A program made the position numbers and the translations under genes. The notes beneath the pieces were generated by a model that was not told the DNA's origin, ran no database searches, and saw nothing but the letters and a program-made list of their open reading frames with translations. 64,000 nucleotides of DNA, taken from positions 151,654,001 through 151,718,000 of the forward strand of contig CM059431.1 of assembly GCA_030390025.1 (NCBI GenBank), given 5' to 3'. This document shows, in pieces, positions 24,400 through 36,697 of the stretch (within the stretch, counting starts at the first letter, position 1; every line of letters begins with the position of its first letter). This stretch comes from Squalus acanthias (taxonomy: Eukaryota).

Positions 24400-25103
24400 A
24401 TAGACTTTTACAGCACTGAAAGAGGCTCTTCGGCTCATCGTGTCCGGGCCGGCCATCAAGCCCTGACTACTCTCGTCCCATTTTCCAGCACTTGGTCCGT
24501 AGCCTTGTATGCTATGGCGTTTCATGTGCTTATCTAAATACTTCTTGATGGCTGTGAGGTTTCCTCCCTCTGCCACCCTTTCAGGCAGTGAGTTCCAGAT
24601 TCCAATCACCCTCTGGGTGAAAAAGTTTTTCTTCAAATCCCCTCTAAACTTCCTGCCCCTTAACTTGACACTAAGCCCCCTGGTTATTGAACCCTCAACT
24701 AAGGGGAAATGTTCCTTTCTATCTCTCCTATCTATGCCCCTCATAATTTTGTACACCTCAATCAGGTCACCCCTCAGCCTTCTCTGCTCTAAGGAAAACA
24801 ACCCCAGCCTGTCCAGTCTCTCTTCATAGCTGAAGCGCTGCAGCCCAGGTAACATCCTGCTGAATCTCCTCTGCACCCTCTCCAATGCAATCATATCCTT
24901 CCTATAGTGTGGCGACCAGAACTGCACACAGTATTCCAGCCGTGGCCTAAATAGCGTTTTGTACAGCTTCATCATAACCTCCCTGCTCTTATATTCTATA
25001 CCTCGGCTAATGAAGGCAAGTATCCCATATACCTTGTTAACGAACATATCTACCTGTCCTGCTGCCTTCAGGGACCTATGTACATGCTCACCAAGGTCCC
25101 GCT
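24400..25103 (-). mobile_element. CR1 LINE 3' fragment
   Basis: ORF 24358-25146 encodes RDLG...[11 protein letters not shown]...FFTQRVIGIWNSLP. Confidence 0.88.
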
Positions 25104-25598
25104 GAATAAACACACAGTAAATGTGCCTGCAACAGAACCGTTTCAATGAATTCGCATCTTGTCTCCACGCAGGGCGAACGGGAAACGTCTATTTATGATG
25201 ATTTGAATGAATACTTCGGAGTAAGAAGTAAGGACAAAAGAGCCCAACCAGGAACCATTGCTTTATTATGTGGGAAAATAAATCGATTTATGTTGTGAAA
25301 CTCCACTCGCCGTTAACGCATAATCATATTCATTATTGGCCCAGAAATTCGCCTCTCCGGCTTGCCGCGGGTTCAATGATCGCGCGCACACTTACCTACC
25401 GCGTCTGCCGTTCTGCTTCTGGCCCACTGGAAATTAGGATTTTCTGAAGAGGACTCCCGGGCAGCGCCCAGGAGCGCAGCGTGCGCGGAGCCTCCGGAGT
25501 GGAGGGTAGTGAAGACACGCCCTCCGAAGTGGCATTTGCATAGGCCACGCCCCCGATTTTTTTCACATTCTGCAAACCTTTTTTACAAGCAGAACAGC

Positions 25599-27352
25599 AT
25601 GGTAAGTTGACTATTTGTATTTTAATGAATGTTTAATGAATGTTTTGCTAACATTTACAAACTTTTAAAGACTTTTACACGAATTGGAAGAATCTTAAAC
25701 AGTTTTAAAGATATTTGAAGTAATTTAAATAGTTTTCAAAGCCCTGAAAGCATTTTTTTCATTCATTTTATTTTATTTAATCAGCAAAGTGGAATGGCTT
25801 TAATGAGCACATTCGCATCATTAAGAGAACTCACAATTTCAGTGACGATGATCTCAGCACATTCCTCAACGAGTTTGAGGCGAAGCGCCTGCGGATCATT
25901 GGGAATGAGAAGTCCAGGGCGCCGCGAAAAGAGCAGATGTTAGCTTGGTCTGAAGTTGCCCAGGCTGTCAGCGCGAACTCCACCATTCCACGGACAGCGG
26001 AACAATGCCGCAAGAAATTCAGTGATTTATTGCGATCTGTCAATGTTTGTACAGTTATTACAAATGTAAACTGTAAAATGTCTTTAAATTTAACGGAACC
26101 AGTTTTAAAAAGCTATGTGCATGTGTTTAGTCAAGTGACTTCATCATCCAGGCACATGAGCTTGCCATAAAATGTTATGGCTTTGGGGCCAGCTCATTGT
26201 GCTCTTATCTTGATCCCAATGGTTTGAGTTGTAAAATTTCATTTATTGAGTGACAAAAAAAAACACTCTGCAAAGCAGGCTGTGTCCATGTTTCAAATGC
26301 AGGTGGGTGTAATCTGCAGAAAAAGCTGACGATTCATGATGTTTCATATTTTCTGTTTTCATTTTAGAATAAAACTGCTCACAACGCCATAGAACGTGCA
26401 CTGACAGGCGGTGGTGTTGTCACGTTAAGGCCTTTATCCGAACATGAGGAAAGGGTCGAGCATCTGTTTCGATTTAGTCGCGGTTGCCCTTTGGCTGGTG
26501 TAGATATAGACATTGGTATACATGAACGTGAGTTGCTCTGGCCAGCTATATGTTTAAAAATGTTAGATGTGTGTTGAATATAAGCTTCGGTGATGTGGCA
26601 GATCATGCCTTATCTTTGCAAATGTTTACTGTTTCCTTTCCACAGGTGCACAGCAGACTTCTCACACACGGGATGAGCAGTGCGTTGAGTCTGCAGCCGC
26701 AGAGGGCATTGGGAAAGGGGTTGCTGATGCAGTGGGAGCAGTGAGTGAGGTGGTGGTGGTGGAGGAGCAACTTGTGCTTTGTCATCTAGTGGAAGAGGAG
26801 GGTATGGAACCTGGGTTGCTGCAGAGTACCTCTCCATCTCCTGGCCCCTCTGGCTCCGTGCGAGCCAGACACCAGCTTGATACTGCTGAGCATGTGGGAG
26901 AAGCAGAAATACATTCAACACAACAGAATGAGTTACAAGCTCAGATGCAGCATATTGAAGGGTTGAGGGAATCGATGTATTCTCTTACTGAGAAGAAAGT
27001 TGACACTCTTGCCTCGATCAGGAAAGCAATTGATTATATTGGCATGTCACTTAATCAAATAAATGAGTCTCTCGTTGGACTCTTGCATATGCTTACAGCA
27101 CTTTCTGCTGCCATTACTTTGACTCCCGCAGAACCACCCTTACCTGCTTCCAGCGCAGAAACAGTGCGGGCCCAAGAGCCAGCTGCTCCTCCAGTTGTGA
27201 TGCAAGCAAACGTTGCCTTGCTGCAGCAGCAGCAGCAGCAGCAACCCTGTCAGGAGGCAATTGTTGAAGGGCAAGAGATGGCACACAGGGCCCTTTCAAG
27301 TCGCAGCTCAGGGCTCCGGTCACGGCGAGCGGGAAAGCGCAGGAGACAGTAG
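25599..27352 (+). CDS. Harbinger Myb/SANT-like DNA-binding partner protein, 4 predicted exons (~374 aa)
   Basis: Exons 25599-25601 (ATG|GTAAGT), 25790-26044 (RTHNFSDDDL...WSEVAQAVS...RTAEQCRKKFSDL), 26368-26527 (KTAHNAIERALTGGG) and 26646-27352. Phases are compatible. Using the stronger CAG acceptor at 25784 instead would require a 1-nt frameshift. Confidence 0.65.
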
Positions 27353-27873
27353 GATGTCACCTTTTGCACAATGCACATCCTTTGACCCTCAGGCACAGAT
27401 GCGAGTGGGCAAAACGTTCAATTGTTTAATTTTTCGTTTTATTTAAATGTTAAATGTTTTCATTTTTTTTGGAAATATATATTTGTAACTGAAAGTGTAT
27501 GTAACCTTTTCATTTAAAAAGTACAGCCTCTAGTCACTTTGGAAAAAAATCAACTTTTTTATTTGCAAACAAATTTAACATTACAACTGTTTGAAATTTA
27601 GGAAGTAGCTAGCTTCCATCTTTAATGTCTTTATTGCACTCAGAAACCAAAAAAGTCACTTTAAACTGTTTACAAATTTTATTCTAAACTATTTATGTTT
27701 ACGAATGTTTGAAAAGTAGAAAATAGCTGTTAACATTTTAAAGTTATAAACTATGTACATCAAAACTGAACCTCAAAAGTCTTTGATGCTGCAATAAAAT
27801 GTCACTGTTTCACTTTAAATTGTGTCTGCTCCTTTCTTTGCATTGCTGGGGGAGGGGGAGGTACAAGGCGACA

Positions 27874-29018
27874 CTACCTCGTGAAGGTGTTGGCTACTAG
27901 CTGTTCCCGAGCAGCCTTAATTTCAGCAGCACTTGTCTCCTCCCCATCAGGCCTGGCCACAGGCACATTGGCATCGTCCACGTCCTCATTTCAGCAGGGA
28001 CCTCCTCTGCACCGTTAAGGGTGAGTCCTTCCCGCAGGGCAAAGTTATGCAAAGCACAACAGACCACCACAGTCCTTCCCACTTTCTGAGGAGAATACTG
28101 ATAGTTCCCCCCTGACCTGTCCAGGCACCGGAAGCGTGATTTCAGAACTCCGATTGTCCTCTCCACCACTTGCCGTGTGGACACGTGTGCCTGGTTCTAT
28201 CTCTCCTGAGCCTCATTATTGGTCTTGCGGTAGGGAGTCATCAGCCATGGTCTTAGCGGGTAGCCCTTGTCGCCCAATATCCATGCGGATCCTGGAGGCA
28301 ATGCGCTGAGGGCGCCATATAAGTTCCAGTTACGGAGGACAAAGGAGTCATGATTACTTCCCCGGTGATTTGCATTCATGTTTAGGATCCTGAGGTGCGC
28401 ATCACAGACCATCATGACATTCAATGAATTAAACCCCTTCCTGTTGATGTATGTTACAGGAGCATCCACTGGTTCCTTCAATGCAATATGGGTTCCTTCG
28501 ACGTTCCCAATCCCTTTGGGGAATTCAGCAATGGTATACAATGCAAGGGCCATCTCCTTTTGATGGCGAGTGGACAAGTCAAATTCAATGAACCCTGAAG
28601 CCCGACGGAAAATGGCATCTGTGACCAGGTGAATGCAGGCCCTCGCAGCATTCTTGGAGATTTTGGTAATGTCACCGGTGCTTGCCTGAAATGACCCACT
28701 TGCAAAGAAGTTCAGTGCTGTGGTTACCTTCATGTTCACTGACAAGGAAGTGCGGGTCTTCGAGCATGTTTGAAGGTCCTCCTTTAACATGTCACATAGT
28801 CGGCCGATTGCCTCTTTACTGAAGCGCATCCTCCTCACACACAACTCCTCCGACAGCATATGAAATGACAGCATCTCCCGTTACACTCTCTGGGGTGGGT
28901 AGTAGTTCCTCATTCTCTGGAGACGGTTATGGTTCCTCCGTCTTTCTTGTTCCCTGGCTTTTCCAATTCTTTGAAGCACAATCGCACAGAGGATCAGGGC
29001 AGCATTCTCAAATGGCAT
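27874..29018 (-). pseudogene. Harbinger/HARBI1-like DDE transposase pseudogene
   Basis: Motifs ALNFFASGSFQ, YINRKGFNSLN, GSNHDS, LGDKGYPLRPWLMTP and VERTIGVLKSRFRCL. In-frame stops at 28881-28883 and 28197-28199, first catalytic DG changed to EG (VEGTHI), and a C-terminal frameshift near 27990. Confidence 0.9.
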
Positions 29019-29813
29019 GTTTCTCCCTCACAGGCTTCCTCTTTAAACAGATGAAGTAATTGTAAGGAAAAAATGGAAGGAGTTGTTAAAGTAATTTTAA
29101 TAAAGTGAGTGGCTAGAAAATCACGTCGGGCTATGGTGGGAAACGTGCGGTATCGGATTGGGAACACGTCATACCCGCCTGATGAATATCACGGCCCGAG
29201 ATGATTTTCAAATAACTGTAACATTTTCAGAAAGTCATACATACATACTTACTTAAAGGAATATAATTGATGATCATTTTCTTTTTTTAAACTTTTGGAA
29301 ATGTTAAATAATTCATTTTAAAACAGTCATTTTCATATTTAAGAAAAACATCTAATTCACTTAGGACTTGCACACAACGAGAGTTGCTCCTTTTAACTAC
29401 ACGACTGAAAACAATGTCCAAACCCGTTTTTTTTTGTTTTTTTACAGTTGGAAACTTACCTCAGACTTTATGAAAAAAACTTTGCTCCGTTTCAGAATTA
29501 AAAATGTTCAGTTTAGTAGCCCCACTGGTGAAAGATTTCTTCTTCCTGGTCGTTCCGGAGCTTCTAACAAGGCTTTACTCTAGCTTTTTAAAAGCGCAGC
29601 TGCTGGGAATTTACCCGCATTGCACCAATTGAGAAAAATACCGAAGTTGCCTCTCCGGCGCACGCGATTGCAATCCGAACCCTTTCCTTCAGGACACCGG
29701 AAGTTCCGGTTTCCAGTGCATGCGCAGTGCATGCACGAAACCGGCACTTCAGGTGGCTGTACGGGTGAGTACTCACCAGACAAGCGCCGAATTTCTGGCA
29801 CGTCATATGTGGT

Positions 29814-30595
29814 TGATAGACAGGTAGATAGATATATAGATATATAGACAGAGAGACTCGAGAGACAGACACACAGGCAGATAGACAGATAGACAGACAG
29901 AGAGACATCCCAACTTTGAGTGGGAGTATGGATGGATGGATAAAGGAATGAATGAATGAATGAAAAGATGGAAGAATGAATGAATAAATGATTGGATGTA
30001 AGGATGAATTAATTGAATGAATGAATGAATGAATGAGTGAATGGACGGATGGATGTATGAATGAATGAATGAGTGAATGAATGAATGAATGAGTGAATTA
30101 ATGAATGAATCAATCAATAAATGAACTGATGGATGAATGGATGGATGAATGAATAGATGAATGGAGGAATGGAATGTTGAATAAATGAATGAATGAATGA
30201 ATGAATGATTGGATGTATGGATGAATGAACGAATGAATGAATGAAAGCATGAATGAGTGAATGGATGAATGACTGAATGAAAGAATGCATGAATGAATGC
30301 ATGAATGAATAAATGAATGAATGAATGGATTGATGGATAGACGAATGATTGTGTGAATGAATGAATGAAGGAACGAACGAAAGAATGAATGAATGAATCA
30401 ATCAATCAATGAATCAATGAATGTATGATCGAATGATGAATGAATGAATGGATGGATGAATGAATGGATGAATGCACGAACGAATGATTGAATAGATGGA
30501 AGAATGAAAGAATGAATGAATCAATGGATGAGTTGTTGGATGGATGAATGAATGAAGGAATGGATGGATGGATGAATTAATGGATGTATGCATGT
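29814..30595. repeat. (GATA/GACA)n then (TGAA/TGGA)n microsatellite
   Basis: Simple repeats, read directly. Confidence 0.92.
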
Positions 30596-30604
30596 CTATA
30601 CGAG

Positions 30605-31675
30605 CATGGATTCAGAATTTGTTTAACGGAAAAAAACAGAGAGTAGGAAATACGGGTCATTTTCGGGTTGGCAGGCTGTAACTAGTGGGGTACAGCAAGG
30701 ATCTGTGCTTGGGCCTCAGCTATTCGTAATCTACATCAACGATTTGGATGAGGGGACCAGTAGATATATCCTAGTATGCTGAGGATACAAAGCTGGGTGG
30801 GAATGTAAGTTGTGAGGAGGATGCAAGGTGGCTTCAGTTGGATATAGACAGGCTAGGTGAGTGGGCAAGAGCATGGACAATGGAATATAACGTGTAGAAA
30901 TGTGAAATTTCGCACTTCGGTAGGAAAAATAGAAAAGCAGAGTATTTTTTTAATGGTGAGTGATTGGGAAATGTTGTTGTACAGAGGGATTTGATGTCCT
31001 TGTACTCGATTCACTGAAAGTTAACATGCAGGTACAGCAACCAATTCGGGAAGCAAATGGTATGTTGGCCTTTATTATGAGAATTTGAGTATATGAGTAA
31101 AGATAATTGACTGCAATTATATAGGGCCCTGTTGAGACAACACCCGGAGTATTGTGCACAGTTTTGGTCTCCTTACCTAAGGAAGGATATACTTGCCATA
31201 GAGGGAATGCAACGAAGGTACACAAGATTGGTTCCTGGGATGGAGCGACAGTCCTATGGTTAGAGATTGAGTAGACTAGGACTACATTCTCTAGAGTTTA
31301 GAAGAATGAGAGGTGATCTCATTGAAACATACAACATTCTTACAGGGCTTGACAGGGTAGATGCAGGGAGGATGTTTCGCCTGACTGGGTATTCTAGAAC
31401 CGGGGGGTCACAGACTCAGAATACGGGATCGGCCATTTAGGACTGAGATGAGGTGTGGTGAATCTTTGGCATTATCCACCCCAGAGGCTTGTGGAGGTTC
31501 AGTCGTTGAGTTTATTCAAGACAGATGTCGATAGCTTTTTGAATATTAAGGAAATCAAGGGAAATTGGGATAGTTGAGGAAAGTGGAGATGATGAAGACG
31601 ATCAGATATAATCTTATTGAATAGCGCAGCAGGCTCGAAGATGCAAATGGCCTGTTCCTGCTCGTATTTCCTATT
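30605..31675 (+). mobile_element. CR1 LINE 3' fragment inserted in the microsatellite
   Basis: RT-region remnants and a CR1 3' UTR, with TGAA/TGGA repeats on both sides. Confidence 0.82.
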
Positions 31676-31677
31676 CG

Positions 31678-32130
31678 TGGATGATGTATGTATGAATGGA
31701 ATGATGAAATTATGGTTGGCTGGATGAATGATTGAATGGATGAACAGATGGATGGATGAATGATTGATTGAATGAATGAATGAATGAATGAATGAATGAA
31801 TGGATGGAAGGATGGATGGATGGTTGGATGGATGGATGGATGAATGAATGAATGAATGAATGAATGAATGAATGAGTAAATTGATGAATGAATGGGTGAA
31901 TGGATGAATGAATGAATTAAATAATGAATGAATGATTGGATGAATGGATGAATGAATTAATGACATAATGGATGGATGAATGAATGTCATAATGGATGTA
32001 TGAATGATCGAATGGATGAATGAATGAATGAATGAATACATGAATGAATGAATGATTGAGCGAATGAATGAATACATGAATGAATGGAAGAATGAATGAA
32101 TAGATTGGTAGATTGATGATGAAATGGAAG
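31678..32130. repeat. (TGAA/TGGA)n microsatellite
   Basis: Simple repeats, read directly. Confidence 0.92.
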
Positions 32131-32207
32131 AGTGATTGGCTGTGTAAGTAGAGAGAGAGAGATAAACTGATGATTAGCGCAACAGAGGAAGACAGACAGA
32201 TACATTG

Positions 32208-32949
32208 TCATCCGATGTAACAATATACCTTTTTCACTGCTGTTGGAGGATGGGATGCTATTATGTTTCGACCTTTGACAGAAAGGAGTTCTTTGATAAT
32301 TTCTACATTAGTTTTGATCGGTAAATCCTGTCCGCTTAGATTGATGAGATATAACCATGGGCTGGTGCTTCTTACCAGATCTAATGGTGATAAAGACATT
32401 ATCAAAACAGAAGACGATGGCTGCAACTGCCGAATGAAATGGTTCTGGAGACTTCCTGTCCACGTGGACAAAGTGCACATTCTGTGGCGCATAAATGGTC
32501 CTTAAAAGTCTCTCAAACATTTCAATTTTATGATGGATCAGGATGATATAGGCAATGGGGAAATCGCGTTCCTCGCTGGTTATGGGGAAAGTTATGTATT
32601 TGTGGGATTTGATGACTGAAGCCCAATCTATGCATAAATTTACATAATCGATTTCCGTTAAGTGCGGGTCCTAGTTTCCGAATCCAGTTAAACTGATCCA
32701 TCTGTGAAAGTTTTCCTCGTTGCTACTGATTATTTCAAAGCAATTTGAATCTTTTTCAGTGATATCAAGAACATCATGAAGCTTCTCTCTGCACGTTTGT
32801 GTGGGTTTCCGTGAAGTTTTTTGCAAAGTTGTTGGGAATATATCCGCCTGTCCGCCCGTGTGAAGTGATACAAAATAACACACTACAAACACAACAATGA
32901 GAAGCAATATTTTCCTTTTCGGGACACGCAGCTGTATGACGTTACTCAT
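32208..32949 (-). pseudogene. Core-2/I-branching beta-1,6-N-acetylglucosaminyltransferase (GCNT1/GCNT3-like, GT14) pseudogene
   Basis: Type II membrane anchor (KRKILLLIVVFVVCYF), stop at 32671-32673, then EERDFPIAYIILIHHKIEMFERLLRTIYAPQNVHFVHVDRKSP...FDNVFI. After an internal deletion and frameshift it reads PWLYLINLSGQDLPIKTNVEII, then is truncated. Confidence 0.82.
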
Positions 32950-33254
32950 TTTGTTTTCGTTCAGTCTTTTATAGTTTCAGTATTCTTTATTCAGCCGGAG
33001 CTCGGTTGTGTCCTTCTTTGCTTGTGTAGCCCACATTCCGGTTCTCTTCTCCAGCAACTCTGAACTTTGTCTTCAAATCAATGTCGTCTGGGACTTTGTT
33101 GATCAGCTAACAGCGAGGATGGGATGAACCACAGCTTGCATGCCTTGTCACCGAAAACAATTCCAATCGGTTAGCCCTTTCAGTAAAACGAAAATATCTA
33201 CAATGGAAAAAATATTTAATTACAAATCACTTATCAAAAGATACGATACAATTA

Positions 33255-33632
33255 ATTCTCATCCTTGTGTTCAAATCCCTCCATGGCCTCGCCCCTCCAT
33301 ATCTATGTAACGTCTCCAGCCTGAAACCCTCCAAGTCCTCTGCATTCCTCCAATTCTGACCTCTTGCGCATCCCCAAGTTTTATCAATCCACAATTGGCG
33401 GCCGCGCCTTCAGCTGCCGAGGCCCTAAGCTCTGTAATTGCCTCCCTAAACCTCGCAGGCTCTCGGCATCTCTCTCTTTCCTTCGGATGCTCCTTAAAAC
33501 GTACCTCTTCCTCTCCAAATATCTCCTTTTGCAACTCGTTATCAAATTATGTTTGATAACGCTCCTGTGAAGCTCATTGGAAAGTTTAACTACAATACAG
33601 GCGCTAAACAAATGCAACTTGTTGATGTTGTA
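33255..33632 (+). mobile_element. L2 LINE 3' end
   Basis: STIGGRAFSCRGPKLCNCLP remnant and an L2-type tail, homologous to 21770-22175. Confidence 0.75.
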
Positions 33633-33871
33633 GCGCTATACTGAAAGTTCAAATCTAGGATCATTAACGATAAAAAGAAGCTTTAAAAATAAACAAGTTC
33701 TAATGAACAGGATCTCCCAATACTGTTAATTTGGAATGAAGAAGTGGTAAATTAATAAGCTCATTTAATAATTATCCAACGCAAAAAGGATCAAGCCGTA
33801 TTTGCCGGAATTTATCCACTGTCTAAATTGTCGAGACATCGACGTGAGGGAATACTAATGAAATGTTGATA

Positions 33872-36697
33872 GCGGCAGCGGCAGCAGGGAGAGCGGCCCT
33901 GGGAGGAGCCTGACTGACAGCAGGGAGAAAACGGAGCAGGAGGGAGAGCGAGGCCCAGACTCATCGGCAGCGGCAGCAGCGAGAGCGGCCATGGGAGGAG
34001 CCCAAGCGACAGCGGGGTGGATAAGGAGCCGGAGAGAGAGCGAGGCCCAGACTCACCGGCAGCGGCAGCAGCGAGAGCGGCCCTGGGAGGAGCCTGAGCG
34101 ACAGCGCGGAGTATCAGGAGCGGGAGAGAGCGCGAGGTCCAGGCTCACCGGCAGCGGCAGCAGCGAGAGCGGCCCTCAACAGGCAACATTCGAAAGTGAC
34201 GTCACAGATTAAAAGTGACGTCGGCACAAGGGAAGCAGCTGTTTGGAGAGTAGTGGGTGAGTGTGTTTTTTAAAGTTTAAAGCCTATTCTGTTAAGTTAG
34301 ATCTAAGTCTTTAAATAAAGGTTAGTGCTTAGTCTTTTACATAAAGGTTAGTACTTAGTCTTTCAAATAGTCTGTTAGGTAAAGGGATGACGGGAATGGC
34401 AGGGCAGCTCTGTCTAGCGGAGTGCACATCCTGTGGCATGTGGAAAGTCATGGACGATTCGCGTTGCATGGATGACTACATGTGCAGTAAATGTCAACAG
34501 GTGCAACGACTCGAGCGATGGTTTACGGAGGTTGAGCGGCGAATGAAGTCATTGTGGTGCATCAGTGAGGCTGAGAACTACGTGGATAACACGTTTACTG
34601 AGGTGGTCACCCCGCAGCCTAAGAGAAAGCGGACAGAGAGCAAGTGGGTGACCACCAGACAGAAGAAGATCAGGCAGGAAGTGCAGAAGGCCCCGGAGGG
34701 CATCTCGCTCTCCAACCGGTATTCTATTCTGAATACTGGTGGGGGCGATGGTCCCTCTGAGGAGTGCAGTCAGATTCAAGGCTCAGCACCACGGGCGGCT
34801 CCGCTGCACAGGTGGGGGGGCGGGGGGAGGAAAAATTGTGAAAGTTTAATAGTGGTAGAGGTTTCAACAGTGTGGGGAGAAGACAGGCGTTTCTGCGGCT
34901 GCAGACGTGACTCCAGGATGGTATGTTGCCTCCCTGGTGCATAGGTGCAAAGAGGTAAGAGGTCCTGCAGGCAGAGTTTCGGGAGCGAGGATTCAGATGA
35001 AAAAGCAGGACCTCAAAAGTAGTAATCTCCGTATTACTCCCGGTGACACGTGCTAGTGAATGCATAAATAGGAGGATAAAGCAGATGAATGCGTGGCTGG
35101 AAGGATGGTGCAGAAGGGAGGGCTTTAGATTCCTGAGGCATTGGGACCGTTTCTGGGGGAGGTGGGACCTGTACAAGCCGGACGGGTTGCACCTCAACAG
35201 AGCTGGGATCAATATCCTCGCCGGGGTGTTTGCTAGTGCTTTTGGGAAGGATTTCAGCTAGCTTGGCAGGGTGATGGGAGCATAAGAATAGAGTTAATAG
35301 GGAGGGAAGAAAAACTGGAATTCGAAAACAAAAACGTAGAAATAAATTGGAAGGACAGAGGAATCAAGGGCTGCATATTAGTCAACAAGGAGGTTTGCCT
35401 GTACTAAATGGTATATACTTCAATGCAAGGAGTATAGCGAACAAGGCAGATGAGCTAAGGGCACAGGTAGATATTAGGTATTATGATATTATAGCTATTA
35501 CAAAGACGTGGCTGAAAGACGGGCAGGTATGGCAGCTCAACATTCCTGGTTACAGGATTTTCAGACGGGATGGAGAGGGTGGTAAAAAGGGAGGGGTATT
35601 GTTTAAATAAACTATTACAGCTGTGAGGAGGAATTATATTTTGGAGCGATCATCAAACGAGGCCATATAGGTCGAATTGAAAAACAAAAAAGGGGCGATC
35701 ACACTGATGGGACTGTACTATGGACCACCAAACAGTGAGAGGGAGATAGAAGAACAAATATGTAGACAAATTTCTAAGAAGTGCAAAAACTATAGGGCAG
35801 TAATAGTAGGGGATTGCAACTACCCCAATATTAACTGGGATAAAATTAGTTTGAATGGTATAGAGGGAACGGAATTGCTAAAATCCATCCATGAGAATTT
35901 TATAGCCAGTATGAAGCAAGCCCAACAAGGGAGAGGGTGGTTCGGGACTTAGTTTTATGTTTGAGGCTGGGCATGTAGAAGGCGTATCAGTGGGGGAGCA
36001 TTTTAATGCGAGTGACCATAATTCAGTTAGATTTAAGGTAATTATGGAAAAGGACAAGGATAGACCAGGAATACAAATCCCAGGCTGTTAAGCGAAGCAA
36101 AAGAGTAAATAGCAGAGGCCCTGATCATCATTTTCCAATCCTCTCTGGCTTCAGGTGTGGTGCCGGATGATTGGAGGACTGTTAATGTGGTACCCTTGTT
36201 TAAAAAGGGAGAAAAGGATGGACCGAGTAATTACAATCAGTCAGCCTCTACTCGGTGGTGGGAAAATTATTGGAACGAATTCTGAAGGACAGGATAAATC
36301 TTCATTTAGAAAGACACGGATTAATCAAGAAGAGTCAGCACGGATTTGTGAAGGGAAGGTCGTATCTGACAATTTTGATTGAATGTTTTGAGAAGGTAAC
36401 AAGAAGGGTAGATGAGGTTAGTGCGTTTGATGTAGTGTATATGGACTTTAGCAAGGCTTTTGATATTGCTCCACATGGCAGACTGGTCACGAATTTAAAA
36501 GCCCATGTGATCCAGGGCAAAGTGTCAAGTTGGATTCATAACTAGCTCGGAGGCAGGAAGCAGAGTGTAATGGTTGATGGGTGTTTTTGTAACTGGAAGG
36601 CTGTTTCCAGTGGGGTTCCGCAGGGCTCAGTACTAGATCCCTTGCTTTTTGTGGTATATATCAACGATCTCGACTTGAATATAGGGAGTATGATTAG
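33872..36697 (+). mobile_element. CR1 LINE with intact 5' end (92-bp monomer array, CRE sites), ORF1 and deleted ORF2
   Basis: ORF1 at 34387 (CTSCGMW...CSKC zinc finger, ISLSNRY, esterase DGLHLN). EN YFNARSI...IIAITKTW. RT QHGFVKGRSYLT. Confidence 0.85.
33874..34176 (+). repeat. 92-bp GC-rich tandem repeat (~3.3 units) at the CR1 5' end
   Basis: GGCAGCGGCAGCAG(C/G)GAGAGCGGCC starts at 33874, 33966, 34058 and 34150. Confidence 0.9.

Larger units (their letters stand above)
25338..29801. mobile_element. PIF/Harbinger DNA transposon, autonomous-type, decayed, ~4.46 kb
   Basis: Left TIR GGCCCAGAAATTCG, preceded by ATT. Right TIR CGAATTTCTGGCAC (12/14 match; TSD not retained). Contains convergent Myb/SANT and DDE transposase genes. 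Confidence 0.88.

Noticed and set aside
27874..29018. Host HARBI1 gene
   Set aside because: It lies between TIRs with a Myb partner and carries stop codons, so it is a transposon copy and not the domesticated gene.
29803..32223. Long HSFI-repeat ORFs
   Set aside because: Translations of the (TTCA/TCCA)n microsatellite.
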